59,482 bases of DNA, filler included, from Platydemus manokwari (GCA_037951405.1; 6 parts of 6 records of this genome joined end to end with filler, not necessarily neighbours in it), one strand, 5' to 3'; counted from the whole stretch's first letter, positions 24,097 through 37,457 are shown. Notes: generated from the letters alone by a model not told the origin. Numbers and translations are program-made.

Positions 24097-24990
24097 CTGT
24101 AAAATATAATTAAAAACAAATCAATTTTATAATGAGAAAACAAAAATAATCGATATTTTGGACATAGATTTTTAATTTAGCCCATTATTCTGCACCGGGT
24201 TGACAACGAATTACTCTCTTCCAACTCCCACAGCTTATTATTATCGTGGATTTAAATGTAAAATTGTAAAAACTCAATCAGAAATTTAAATGAATTTGAA
24301 AATATTTATAAACAAATTTAGTCGATTTGAATGCAGATAAAAGACAGTATTACAGTTACAATTTTCATTATTAAAATGGGTATAGTGAGACGGAACTAAA
24401 ATCCAATTACAATGTATGGTGTACATTTGTCAGAGTACAGCAATAATAAAGATTTGCAAAAAGTGGCAGTGGGTTTCCGTGAGATACTACCGAGTAGAGA
24501 GGATTACGAAACCGGTTTATCATTGGATTACCTGTTATCAACTGCCAAACCGATAATATAATAATATTTATAATTACAATAAACAAAAAAATAAGCTAGA
24601 ATTTTGTGAAATAAACTTTGTTGTACTGAATGTGTTTAAAATAAATTGAATGCGTTGTTAATTATATTTATTTGACTAATCTGAATAACTTTAATAACCA
24701 AACAAATCTGATCTTTCCCGGGTTGGTTTTCATCAATATTTCTTTGAAAAATATAAAGTGATTCATAATTAATTATTGATTAATATAATTTTTTGGTCCA
24801 CTAATATATAAACCCAACAGAAAAATGAAAAATAAACCTTTGTTTTAATATAATGAATAATTTAAACTCCCGAACAAAGAATCGAGCAAAAGTCAGTTAT
24901 TTTTAAATTGATGATAAAATATATAAATATATGGAAGCAAAAATTTAAATTAAAAAAAAATTAAATGAATTATTTTTTGTTCAATTGTAC

Positions 24991-25100
24991 CGTGTAAATG
25001 TCCAGTGTATCCCGGAATCATGCCATCTTGGATGAATATTCTTCTGCTTGTAACTACTTGGCTTGGAACGGAAACCGTCAATGATTTTTGATTTTGAACG
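24991..25100 (-). CDS. FAM166/CIMIP2-like ciliary microtubule inner protein, penultimate exon
   Basis: TTTCAG acceptor and GTAC donor. Reads VQNQKSLTVSVPSQVVTSRRIFIQDGMIPGYTGHLH-G, and the phase matches the next exon. PGYTG...GxTYG is the FAM166-family repeat. Confidence 0.75.
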
Positions 25101-25612
25101 CTGAAATCAAATTTTATCTTCAAGCTATTTTTCTACTAACACATGGAAAATTAACGAATTAATAAATGATATATCTTGAATATATTTCATTGATTATTTC
25201 TTATAGTTCAAGCTTTTTATAATGAAATGGAAATAAGATTTGTAAAAAAAATTTCATAATTAAGATGTTCGTACTCATTAATAAAAAATCGTGGTACTTT
25301 AAACAGTGCCGTTTTAACTGAAAGCTCTTCATATTATTTTAATAAATTTTATAATGCTACAATTCATTTTTCAGGCTTCGATTTAATTGATGAGATTTAC
25401 AGACCATGTCAGGATGCCCGACATTCAAAATAGTAATATAAATGATAATAAATGAGGAAAACATTCAAATGATATGTTTGAATATTCTAATCAAATATAC
25501 TTTACAGTTTGACTTCTTCAAATTTATTTTCAATTTGTATTAATGAGATTGTAGCAACTGACATCCTCAATTTCATCTCAAATATTTTTATCTACTAATT
25601 ATTCGGTTAGAT

Positions 25613-25976
25613 TATGGATTTCCAAAGTGGGCGCTGCAAGGATCCAGAGGGTCGGTGGTGAATACAAGCTCATTTGGAGGCGATAATACTATAAGAATGT
25701 AAGAAAATGATTATTTAACATTTTGATGTATCTCGATTACTCAAAACGCTTTATTTGTTTTTAAACAACGTAATTTCGAGTTTTTTGCGTTAAAATCTAT
25801 TCTAAGTGCAAAAATATGTTCTTACTTTCAAAATGCATTGTTTCTACCTAATTTAAGATTTTTTTTATAAATTGCTACTAAAAGTTAAAAAAAATTGGTG
25901 TGGATTAGTTTGGAGGCGCAAAGTAATATTTATTCTGAAAAGGGGGCAGTACACCCGAGAAGTTTGGGAATCACTG
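25613..25976. mobile_element. Degenerate hAT MITE, 364 bp
   Basis: Right TIR reverse complement CAGTGATTCCCAAACT versus left TATGGATTTCCAAAGT (11/16). TSD GGTTAGAT / GGTTAGAC (7/8). Confidence 0.7.
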
Positions 25977-26828
25977 GGTTAGACAATTATGATATTAGCT
26001 ACTATTAATATTTGAAACACAACTATCTGTTTTTCATCTATTGTTTTCATCTGTGTTTTAAAATATTATTCTAAAAATATTTTAAAAAATCCAAAGCTGC
26101 AGACTAGATGGACAATTTTTTGGTGAAAAATTTTGACCTGATTGAGATTGCCTAGAAACATTTCAAAATAGATGTGTAAAAAATTCTGTTTCTGATCCAA
26201 AGTCAATTTACAGAAGAATAAACCCAACCATGGATATAATACTTGATACCATATTTGCTTTTCCGTGGGATAATTTTAGATATTCTTGGCCAAACTATTT
26301 TTAAGAATATAATTAAATCATTTTGATAAATCATAAATAATTTTGTAACTTGAAATATTTATCAAGTTTCACTCCAGAACCGAAATCATATCAAATTATT
26401 ATTTATCTTTGTTTTAGTATTGATATCAACTTTTCTTACATTTTATCTACACTGAATTATTTTGACCAATATAAATATATTTATTTAATAAAACAACTCT
26501 CAATTGTGAATAAAACATAAATCAAACACAACCAATTACTTACGTATATGTATTACTAAATTTACAAGTAGTATAATTAATATGGCTATGATTATAAATA
26601 ATATGATGATTATTATTGTTATTATTATTTCAATCATTATTGTAAATGTAATGAGAATTTATTAATTGAACTACTGCCGACCCCAACAGGTAGCATCGGA
26701 TTTCATTTTCTTCTATCAGAATCAGATAAGAGCACCAATTTTAGAATTCATTGCATTCGAAACTACTCTAACTTTATCCAACTTCAGTATTATTTAGTTA
26801 TGACATACCGTGAATATAATTTTGATAT

Positions 26829-26928
26829 NNNNNNNNNNNNNNNNNNNNNNNNNNNNNNNNNNNNNNNNNNNNTTAATTAATTAANNNNNNNNNNNNNNNN
26901 NNNNNNNNNNNNNNNNNNNNNNNNNNNN
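26829..26928. other. Artificial contig-joining spacer
   Basis: 44 N + TTAATTAATTAA + 44 N. Confidence 0.97.
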
Positions 26929-27002
26929 TAAGATCTTCAATTTAATATTTAAAAATGAAAAGCCAATTTTAAAAAGGCCATTATTTTTGCACCAACCTAA
27001 TA
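26929..27002. mobile_element. Terminus of a mariner element (cecropia/Hsmar1-like TIR), truncated by the segment edge
   Basis: Minus strand from 27000 reads TTAGGTTGGTGCAAAAATAATGGCCTTTTT, flanked by TA (27001-27002). It matches the Hsmar1 TIR as I recall it at 26/30. Confidence 0.8.
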
Positions 27003-30000
27003 CAAAGTATCCTATTGGCATAAATATATTATTAACAAAGAACGTATACACCATTCAAGGAAAAACAATAAAATTAAAAAAAACTTCTGAGACTGTAACG
27101 TATGAATAATCATGTAGTTATTTATCTACGTTCTATAGATTTATCTATCATAAATTACCGATAATATCTATTTTCAATTATATTAAAATAATAAAGATTT
27201 TTAATGGTGTGATTTAGTTAATGAATACAACAAGAAATTTTGTTTATTTTCAGAATCTGGGCTGCGCCAATTTAATCAGGTATAGATTGATAAATAGATT
27301 AATAATAATGAACACAATTGAATAAAAACTTCATTACTGAATTGACACAAATTATTATAAAAGTTAACTAAAACTAACACACTTTTTATGTCTCCATTTT
27401 CAGGTGAATTGTAGTTGTAGTGCCATTCGGAAATTGACCAATGCTGCCAGATATAAATGATTCAATTTTAGTTTAAAAAAATATCAAGATAAACGGTTTA
27501 ATGTTGGAAACAATTGTTTTTTTAAAATAATTTTACAACATGTATACAGTAATAATTTTATTTTCTAATGCTGTTATGAATGCTGTCCAAGTTTATTTGG
27601 TTTCATTACAGGAATCCAATTCACATTTCGCTACTATCAGTTAATATCAGAAACCAAAATGACAAATTTATTTATACCAGCTATGAATATATTGAACACT
27701 TTAATGACGAATTGCCAAGATTGGGGCTTAATCATTGGAGTATGCAATTTAATTGTTCATGTTATTCAGTAGTATGTATTTCAGTGAAATAGTAGTTGAT
27801 TTCAGTTAAATTATCTAGATCCGATAGTAATTACTACAAATTTTTACAGTACCGAAATAAATTCTGAATTGTGCTGAATGAATTATCTGAATATCTGATT
27901 CGTGGATTAGTGTTTATACTCGGTTTAAATTGAGTTTTAGATTTCCCCACATTTATTTTAGTTTATTCCAATGCATTGTCAAACATATTTTGGTTTGTGT
28001 CATGCTAATTGGCTTGTTTTCAATTTTATTCAATTTGCAGACTCGGACGATTATTTTCATAATGATAAAAATGTCACTTTTAGTAAATTCTCATGAGATT
28101 ACTTTTTAATTCGATTGATGTATTATTTCAGATGGGGCAGGACTGCATCACAACATAATTGAAAAATAATTGATTCAATTAGGGATGTTCAATAATTATT
28201 GGAAAAGAAATCATTATTTTTACTTATAAAATCAATAGATAAAGATTTTCAAAATATAATATCAACAAAATAATCAAAACATCTTTCAGCTTAAATTCAA
28301 TTTTTTAGAATTTTTAATTTTTAAGTGCGCCACCAGTAAATGATTTAAAATTTCGTCTTTTCAAACATTCCACTGATATAAATGTACTGATAACCAATAA
28401 AGAGCACAATAAAATATTTGTAATTACCAACATATTATCAAATTGTTATTTATCAAGTATTCGATTTGATATGAATAATTCAAGCTCGGGTCTGAATTAT
28501 TTAAATGTGAGAAATTAATTGTGAATGTTTGTATTGTTCTTGTAGAAATAACAGATACTGGATATATTAAAATGGTATTTATTCGATTAATATCAAATTA
28601 ATAGATTGATTACTCGCATGATTTGTTGTTCTACAAATCAATAATTAAACTAATAATGATTTAATAAATTAGGTTTAGATTTATCAGATGTTGAGACGAA
28701 CTTGTATACTTGGTTTTATAGGATGTCGGGACACAATGAATCTCCAAATAGATCGCATACCTTTCCTATATGGTTTAAAGGTCGTTATAAGAAAGTTTGA
28801 TTTTGAAAATCTCACTTTTAACTGATCGTGTTTTGGTTAAAAAATCCGATAGATCTTTTGAGACTAATATAGGTAATTGGTTTGTATTCATTTAAGGTCA
28901 CCTGATAAGTATAGATAATTAAAATTGAAGTAGATTGATACAACCAGGTGTGCGGAAGCAGGAGATTTCTTGCAACAAATAAAGTTTTTCAACATTGATT
29001 TATAATTATGGAAAATAGATAACCTATAAGAATTATCATTTATCATAGTTTTAAAAATCACGTGATGTGCTTTCGTCCAATTTTGCGATGAACATATAAC
29101 TCCCTATTTCTAGTACAGTGTGAATAGTAATACCAATGACTTACTTAGAATTGAAACTAAGAGCATATAATCAAAATACCAGTTCAGCTGCGTTTTCTTA
29201 GGGATTCTTTGAGTTAAGATTTGGAATTTAGTTGAACTTCTTGAATCTTGTTTCGCTCATGAGCAGTTTTAAATAACTGTTACCGAGTATTAAAGTTCAT
29301 TAAACGGGGTTTTATTATTAAGTATAAGATTAATTTAAAATCCCAAAATTGTTTTCCCTTGACTTGATTTATTCCTTAAAGTATTTTAAATAATAAATTT
29401 CAATTTATATAGTTTAAGGATAAAAATCATAAAAATGAAAAGAATGTTGAAAAATATAATCACCAACATCCTAGGAGGAATTTACTATTATTGATATTTA
29501 TGTGGAGGCTTAATATTAACAATGAATGACTTTTTAAAATGACAAATTTGTGATTATTTTGATTGGTTTAATCACTGATTAAGAATTTTTGATGATTTAT
29601 GATATCGTATTTATGGTAAATTGAAATCTCCTTAAAATAATTCATCAATCAAAATAAAGATAATAAAATTTACGAATTAATTAGGTTAATTAGGTTATAA
29701 TTTTATTTATTAGAATGTGAAAATAATGAAATAATATGCGATTATGAATGAATTATTAATGCTACGTAGAATTATAGTTTTTCATATTCTTTCTCCTAAG
29801 TTATAATGTGTTCCAGTTCATTGTTTTCTATGAGTACACTCTGTTGGTTGAAGTGCGATATTTTTATCAGTCTCTGAAATGGAAATGAATTATCTGAGGA
29901 ATCTCCAAATGGAATGATTGTAAAATCAATAAACAGAATTGTTGTATTATTAATATATCGAATTGTTGAATAATCACCATATCGAATAGAATTCTAAACT

Positions 30001-31574
30001 TTACTGATTATCAATTAATATTCACTAGTCTAAATATCAATGACGTTTGTTCGAATTTCACAATCAATCGGCTTTTAAGTTTTTTGCGTAATGGTTTTCA
30101 AATCGTATATGTTTATATAGCGCTTTTCTTTTTTTATTCTTGACCGCATGAGTTTTTTAATTTTACTGGTGTTTCGTTTTCCCTATTTTGTCCTAATTTT
30201 ATTTTTCCTAATTCGTTTTCCGAAGATTTTCGTATTTAAATGCTAATGTGAATATACTATATTATATACTATAATATACTATATTATTATCTATTTTAAA
30301 AGCTACTATTATTATGGATTTCTCTCCATTCTTGTCTTTCTCCTTCTTTTTCCATTTTCCCAACCTTATTGACTTCACTTTACTTCTTCATCATCTTCTT
30401 GTAAATTTTCTATATTTCCCTTTAAATATAATAAAGAAAGTCATCACGTGGTAAATCGATATGGTTATATACAAATAATTTTACAATGCTTTTACGTATT
30501 AATTATCTCTACAACAGTATTATAAATTCGTAGTGATTGTCATACATACCAACTCGTCAGGTTAGGATGGCAAAAATCACACAAATGACAAATATAATTT
30601 TTGACTTACCGTAATCAGTGAAAGATATGATGTTCATTCATTCTTTTAAATTAATTTAAATCATTAGATAAAAATTCGAGGACAAATCGATATGTTTTAA
30701 AATTACAAATTGATCATTTGAGTTAATTTTGAAATTGTTTGGTAAATTTCATAAATTATTAATTAATTAATATATATTTTATCAAGTCAGGTTTAAATTA
30801 AAAATGTTAGATTACAATTTTCGTTGTCTGTTTTGTTCTCTACCAACATTTATTATAATAATTACTGACTACTATCTGATATTATGGACAAACCAAATAT
30901 ATTACCTAAAATTCTGATAAAGAAGTTTCAGTTATGTGTTTTCTATATGTTAAATACAAATTATCTGCCAGTATCACTGAAAGTGTTATTGATAAAATAG
31001 AATAAATTTCAATTATTTGGCTAATTATATATATTTCAATATTCAAGAACACTTTGAATTAAATACTAGCTCTTCGCAAAATTGACTTGGCTAGACAAAT
31101 AAATTAACTAAGTAATGTTAAGTGAGTTTAAATGAAACACATAACTATTCAACATACTCATTTTATTCTTTAAATAAATATATGAAAGAAAACTATTGAA
31201 AATAATGTAAAATTTAAATAAACACTATGTGAACACTTAAATTGATTACAAATTTGTAACATTAATATTTAATATAAAGTTAACATTAACAAGATTAAAT
31301 TTTGTATTTAAAAAACAATATAATCCCCAATAATTCAAATGAAAATTTAATATTTAAGGTTTTACAAAATTTATTTTATTTTATTTATGCTATAAATTCA
31401 TCAATTTAAAATGATTGAGTGTTTTAATTATCTAATTTCATCAATCTGAAGGTACAATAAGTTATCACATTTTGATTAATATCGCTTGATATTTATTATA
31501 AGAAAATTCCCAGCTTTTGTAAAAAAAAGTTACTCTTATAAATGATGAAAATTGTACTTTAATAATTAATAGGT

Positions 31575-31679
31575 ATGGGAAACCAATCAGCGGTTTTGAA
31601 ATTCAAAAATCATTTCGACTTCGAACCTGAGATAGAAAACACCAGTTTAGACCAGCATAATCGTGCATTTTCGACAACA
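31575..31679 (+). CDS. PRKAB: AMP-activated protein kinase beta subunit, first coding exon
   Basis: MGNQSAVLKFKNHFDFEPEIENTSLDQHNRAFSTT followed by a GTTAGT donor (phase 0). The MGN myristoylation start is typical of AMPK beta. An AG acceptor sits 2 nt before the ATG. The phase fits the exon at 35440. Confidence 0.75.
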
Positions 31680-32244
31680 GTTAGTTTCTTGTAATGTTTC
31701 ATTTTATAAAATTTAAATAATTATTTAATTAACAAAAGCTTAGTATAACAAAATTTACAAAAAATTAAAATGGCTTTTTAATTTTTCCATTATTATCTTT
31801 CATCATTATTATCTTTCGCCATTATTATTCTTCGTCATTAATCGGATCTTTTGAATAAAATCTACCGAAGACGAGTTGATATCCGTTTGAAGTCATCGTA
31901 ACGGTTTATTTTAGCTCGTTTTAATAGAAACCTTCATATCAATCTTGTTGCAACTTCACCTTTTTAGTGTTATAAGTTTTTTGTTCTTTTCCAAGTATTT
32001 TTGAAAGTTGATATTTAATATTTCACCTCTATAGTCATCGATAAATTCCATGGTAATATATTATTAATTATTATTATAACAATATTCATCACACCTATTG
32101 AGTATGGCAGATTCTCACGGAAATAAGGTACATCGAAACCTTGAAACCCATGTTGCCATGCTTTACACACATCTATGCTTACACAGTTACACATAATAAC
32201 CACCCTGTTAGATACAATTGGTGATGAAAATTTCAATTTGGTAT

Positions 32245-32282
<38 letters not shown>
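32245..32282. repeat. (TA)n(GA)n microsatellite
   Basis: Directly visible. Confidence 0.9.
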
Positions 32283-34109
32283 CTTCATATCGACACACAC
32301 ATAGATTGACCAATCCCTTTCATGATAACCAAATAATTTCATTTAGAATGTTGAAAATCATAATTCCTATAACTGGTACAAGTCAATCACTTAACTTACC
32401 GATTTAATTTCTATAATTATTTAATTTAAATTTACAATTTTTGAGTAATTTGAGTCTATAAAATTATATCACCAGAATTATGTCGATAGAATTATGTTAA
32501 TTAGATAATTTCGAGTGGATTAATGCAAAATCGTTATAACATAATTGTGTTTCACATCATATTTCTCATTTTTTGAAATTAAATCAAAGCTTCAATACAA
32601 AACATTTTATTTTTTTAAAATTTAAGAAAACTCTTTCTTGTAACCCAGATAAAGAATAAGTCTCTTGTGGATCCAGCTTCTCCGATCTATTTACTGATTA
32701 CTACCAAAGAAACGTTCAAATAAAATGGTTTTTGTTTCAATGAATTGAAAAATATAATGACCGTATTATCTTGAATATCAAAATGAGTCCCTTATTACGG
32801 TAAAATACGGAAAATAACATAATTAACACCCAGATGATAAGGCGACCTGTTATCTCTTAACAAATTTTAATTCTGGAAAAATAATTTGTTTATAACTTGG
32901 TTAGTAGAGTAATTAATCTAATAAAATGATAAAAAAGTATCTAAAAGCCTGTATGTTCCAACATCTAAAAGAATTAATCAGATTATAGAAAATATGTGGG
33001 GAAATCTATGTTAATAATTCTGGCAATAATCAATACATTTTCATGGGTTATTTCACAATATCAAGTCAGTTCGAATAAATCCTGATTAAACATCTTTTAA
33101 CTTTTGGTTGTTTGAAGAAACATGTTTACTGTACGGAAAGCAAAGAAAATCAAACTTGAAATTTGAAGACTAGAAGTTATTCGTTTGTTCAACGAGAGTT
33201 TTTTTTTAATAATATTAGTTGATGCCATTTTCGAGATGTTCGAAAACTAATGACCATATTGAGTTTTAAATAAAACAATAATGTTTTAAGCAAGATTATT
33301 TATGAATAATTATGATAATAATTTTTTTAAAATATCTTTTTATTTATCATTTTATTCTCATGTAAATTTTAGAGAATATATTATAAGATTTTTAAAATAG
33401 GGAGTTACTTTTCCATCAACCAATATATATATAGTGCTTCTCTTCCATAAACGTTATAAATTCATTGAATTACGAATTAGAATTTGTGAGAAACTGGTTT
33501 GACCTCCACAGAAACAATTATTTCTAATATTTCTTTTTCTGCTAAATGCTACCGGATTCCTAGATGATGTAGAAAATGTTGGCCAAGCCAATCCTTATTC
33601 GGCTAGCGCTTACAACATATTTTGAAATTTCTAATGCAATACAATTTTTAATTAAAAAACATCATTTCCTCAGAATGGCAGAATCCGAATTGTCTGAGAA
33701 TAATATTGTTAGGCGTTTGCTTATGAAAAATTAACCTTAATAATTGCCGTGGGTCGTACATCCACCTCAGCGGTTATTGATAATAAAGAAATCTAAAAAT
33801 ATGGCTATTAAATTAATAACAAGAAATAATTGTGATAAAATTATTTTAAAGTATTGATTAATTATTTGTAATTTTATTTTATCGATATTTTTTCGAGTTG
33901 AAAATGTTGCTATTTTAATTATTAGTATTAGTTTGAACCATAAATAAGAATTATGACGATACATATTGCAGGCAGAGACGTTTTTGTATCGATGTTCACA
34001 AAACAAATGTTAACACAATATCCATTTTTGGGTCAACAATTACAGATATTTTTGTTCTTATTCCTTTTTAATCTGTATGCAAAATTGTTATTCGCGCCTG
34101 TATATGACT

Positions 34110-34930
34110 TGGCGTGAATGCTGAATTGTCGAACTCAAAGAGGAAGAGCTGCATTGTTAAGAATAGAAACAAGTATGACAGTTATGCGATTAGAAGTTAT
34201 TTGTGGAAAATTAAAAGAAGAAAAAATATGAATGATTCCAAGAGAACTGTAACTCAAAATGAAATTAAGATCGGACTGATTATTATGCATTACGAAGATT
34301 AAATTCATAGAGGATTTAATATTTTAAGAAAAAGGTTACCCTAAGACCTGAGTGATAAGCAATCAATACACGAGAAAGAGAAGAGAAAATGCTTGTTTAT
34401 GTCAAAGCGAAGATCTGGCCTAGGTTAAATAAATAGATAGTTCTAAGAGAAAGTGTTTATTTCCCAAAGAGAAAATACATCAATTATAGAAGAGGGTTTT
34501 GAAAAGGAGAATCTACAAAATAAATTAGAAACGTATCAAGAAGAAGATAAGATGGTCTAGTTTTCAACAGAAGCATGCTTAAATTATAATTAAATAAAAT
34601 AAACAATAATCAAAATTATATGACAAGAAATAAAATACCTATAGAAGTAAATAAGGGATACTAATATGGCAAATAATGCCCATGATAATCATGAGGGAAT
34701 GGTGATCACTGGGGAATTACAAGCAAAAAGCTATGAAGAAAATTCGTTGTAGTTTTTGGATTTTATGGTACTTAATGATCAAAACAAAGTGTAGAAGACT
34801 GTCTACCTACTTAATATGGATGTCAAGAAATTCATATAATTAGAATGCTGATATGGCAAAAAGGCAAGATCTAGTCAAGGAACAAGGACAGAAACTAAGA
34901 ATATGGGATGTCAAAATGTGTCACGTTTAG
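34110..34930 (+). mobile_element. Possible decayed LTR-retrotransposon pol fragment inside the AMPK beta intron
   Basis: Purine-skewed tract. Frameshifted AHDNH...DHWGIT...KKIRCSFW...VEDC resembles the integrase HHCC zinc-binding region. A purine-rich run followed by TGTCA near 34908 could be a PPT/LTR junction. Confidence 0.35.
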
Positions 34931-35439
34931 TAATTTTCCTAAGAGTTATAATAGATGATTATTTATGTTTTGGGTGTTATTTGTGTGGATATTCCTTTTG
35001 GAATTCCTATATAAAATTTTAACTTTACCAAAAGTAAACAAAAATACAGTCGACGATATACCATATGGTCTAAGCGTGAGTAAAATAAACATCGACTGAA
35101 GATGTACATCGTATCATGTTAATATATTTCCACGAATAAATATCTATAAATTCGTGTTTTGCATACCACTGGGTATAATGGTGCTTTTGATCTAACAGTC
35201 TTACGGTATTTGACAAAATATTGTTTTTGGAACACATTTTACATCGACGAAAGATAAAAATTAAATGAACAGAATGTCTCTCTTGATGTTTCTTCTTCAA
35301 TGAAGAATTTCTAATCTTAATTTATACAAATAACTATCCGTGTTGGGTTTGTTTAGGATTGAACTATAATGAATAGATTGAAAGTGAATTTATTGACATA
35401 TATATGAATCTATTTATTATTGTTATTTTCTTTGTCTAG

Positions 35440-35666
35440 TTACTTGATAATTCAAGTGATTCCCATTCACCAAATTCTCCAGTTTATGTTAGTATTAGGA
35501 AAAAACCTCACATTTATGACCGAACCAATGAAAAGCCAAAGGAGTTTTATGATGAAATAAATTATTCCGTTCCAACTCTTTTTAAGTGGTCACAACAAGT
35601 TAATGATTCGATTTCCGTTTCCGGTTCTTTCAATAATTGGAAAATACAGGTTCCTTTATCGAAATG
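35440..35666 (+). CDS. PRKAB: AMP-activated protein kinase beta subunit, exon with the start of the carbohydrate-binding module; rest of gene outside segment
   Basis: TTTGTCTAG acceptor. Reads LLDNSSDSHSPNSP...VPTLFKWSQQVNDSISVSGSFNNWKIQVPLSK-TG|gt, matching the AMPK beta CBM motif PTVFRW...SGSFNNW...PL. Missed by the ORF track. Confidence 0.9.
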
Positions 35667-37127
35667 GTTTGAATTTTGTTTCGATTATGATAGATCAATA
35701 ACGGAAATCAATTATTTTTAATTATCAATTTTTAAAATTATAATTATCAACTGTTATTATAGTTGCAAGAATTATGAATAAAATTTATATTTAAAAATAT
35801 TTTTGTAATTATATTATTGGGTTGTTGTTGTTGATTTGATGTTAGGCAACTCAACAGCATGAGTTCTTTCATAGAGATTTATAAAATTTATCCCTTAAAT
35901 AAATAAGAAAAACAACGCAATTTATGTAGCATTCGAATTCATTATCTATGCAGATTGACTCACACTGAAACAAATTGATATGGTGATCATGCCTTGAACG
36001 CAAGAACACTGCTACAATTCCTAAAATTATAGTTTTATAAAATTTAAAATATGGAGTTAAAACGTCCGATCCTTTTGATTTTTCGTTAAACAAATATTTA
36101 ATTGTTCGAATGTTTATTTTTTGTTTTGGTAATTTATATCTTTTTCTCCTAGGTATCAAATTTTTCCTATTACATATATTTTGCGATGCATTGTATTTTT
36201 GCCAATACTCTAATTGTTCGATTTAATTCACTGGTCACCGAATTTTTGAGACTGACTTGGGATGGAAATCCTTCAGATTATATAGATGCTGAATTTCGGT
36301 ATTTTGTACCCAGGATATTTACATCACTTATAATTTTTTATTATTTTTCATACTCTGGACCTTATGATTTTTAATTTTAAAATTTCTTTAACCTTACAAA
36401 TCTTAAAATTTTATGACATTTAAAATTACTAATTAATTTTCCAAGAGTCAAATAATCAGAATGTAGTTATAAAATCAGATTTTCAGAAATGTTTGATAGT
36501 GACTCATTGGGATATGGAATCATCATTGAGATTTGGAAATTGTAGATCGCAGTACCTGGAATTCGAAAATTTCGTTCACCTCATGCGTCCAAATCACGCT
36601 CTTGTTCTTTTTTCCCAGTTCTTTTTCTTCTCTTTCCAACCCCTTTTCAGATTCGGCAACTACCTTCAGGTGATATGGGTCTCTATTAGTCTATTAAATT
36701 CCTTATCTGATGTTGCCTGGAATTCTCATATTGTTTTGGGTTCCTGTTTCGGCAATTTTCTTCTTCCATGCACCATCTGAGTTAATGGTGATGAGCATTT
36801 TGTCATTTTCGCTTTTCCACTATCAAAGTAGAGCGCATGTCGGTTTGATGCTAATATCGATTTTATAAGAGTTTTAACAAATCTTAGCTTTGCCAATCAC
36901 ACCTAGAAAGTTTTAAATCTTAAATATTGATGTTATAGGTATATACATTTTTTAAACTCTTTCTGTAACTTAGATTATCAAATTATTATTATTTCATGTT
37001 CGAGAATAGACAGTAGTAATAATAAATTTATATTATTTAACATTAAATATGTATAGCAAAAATATTGTCGAATTTTTCCCACTTGTATGAGTAAAACATT
37101 ATTTGATAATTATCTAATTATGGATTA

Positions 37128-37227
37128 NNNNNNNNNNNNNNNNNNNNNNNNNNNNNNNNNNNNNNNNNNNNTTAATTAATTAANNNNNNNNNNNNNNNNN
37201 NNNNNNNNNNNNNNNNNNNNNNNNNNN
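37128..37227. other. Artificial contig-joining spacer
   Basis: 44 N + TTAATTAATTAA + 44 N. Confidence 0.97.
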
Positions 37228-37457
37228 TATACTAAATAGTTCAACAATATCGATTATATATTTATGCATTTAGTTTCACAGATGTCAAAATATATTGTCT
37301 TCCTTCATTTTAGTAGCTATTTTTATGGGCAACCCCTTCAATGTTGCTTACCCCAAACCTGTTATGTCGAAATCATTTTTTGTATCTTATAACTTTTTCG
37401 TAAATAAATATAAAACAAATTTATCGATAAAATCAAGAGAGAAAATATTTCACAAAC

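Noticed and set aside
24412-24561. 49-aa plus-strand ORF (MYGVHLSEY...) inside the FAM166-like intron, followed by AATAAA
   Set aside because: A second overlapping frame is equally open and neither has recognisable homology.
26200-26300. Minus-strand fragments EKQIWYQVLYPWLG (CYP4-like) and KSKYGIK (piggyBac-like)
   Set aside because: Short competing motifs in different frames, an adjacent stop, and no supporting context.
30320-30640. Minus-strand ATG...G|GTAAGT first-exon candidate and purine-rich downstream block
   Set aside because: Splicing to the nearest acceptor terminates within about ten codons.
31790-32236. CKAWQHGF motif suggesting a Mutator transposase relic
   Set aside because: Single degenerate motif with no termini or catalytic residues visible.
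36490-36900. Minus-strand purine-rich block with SPLTQMVHGR, resembling an integrase C-terminus
   Set aside because: Too decayed to assign; it is also not the missing AMPK beta exon.
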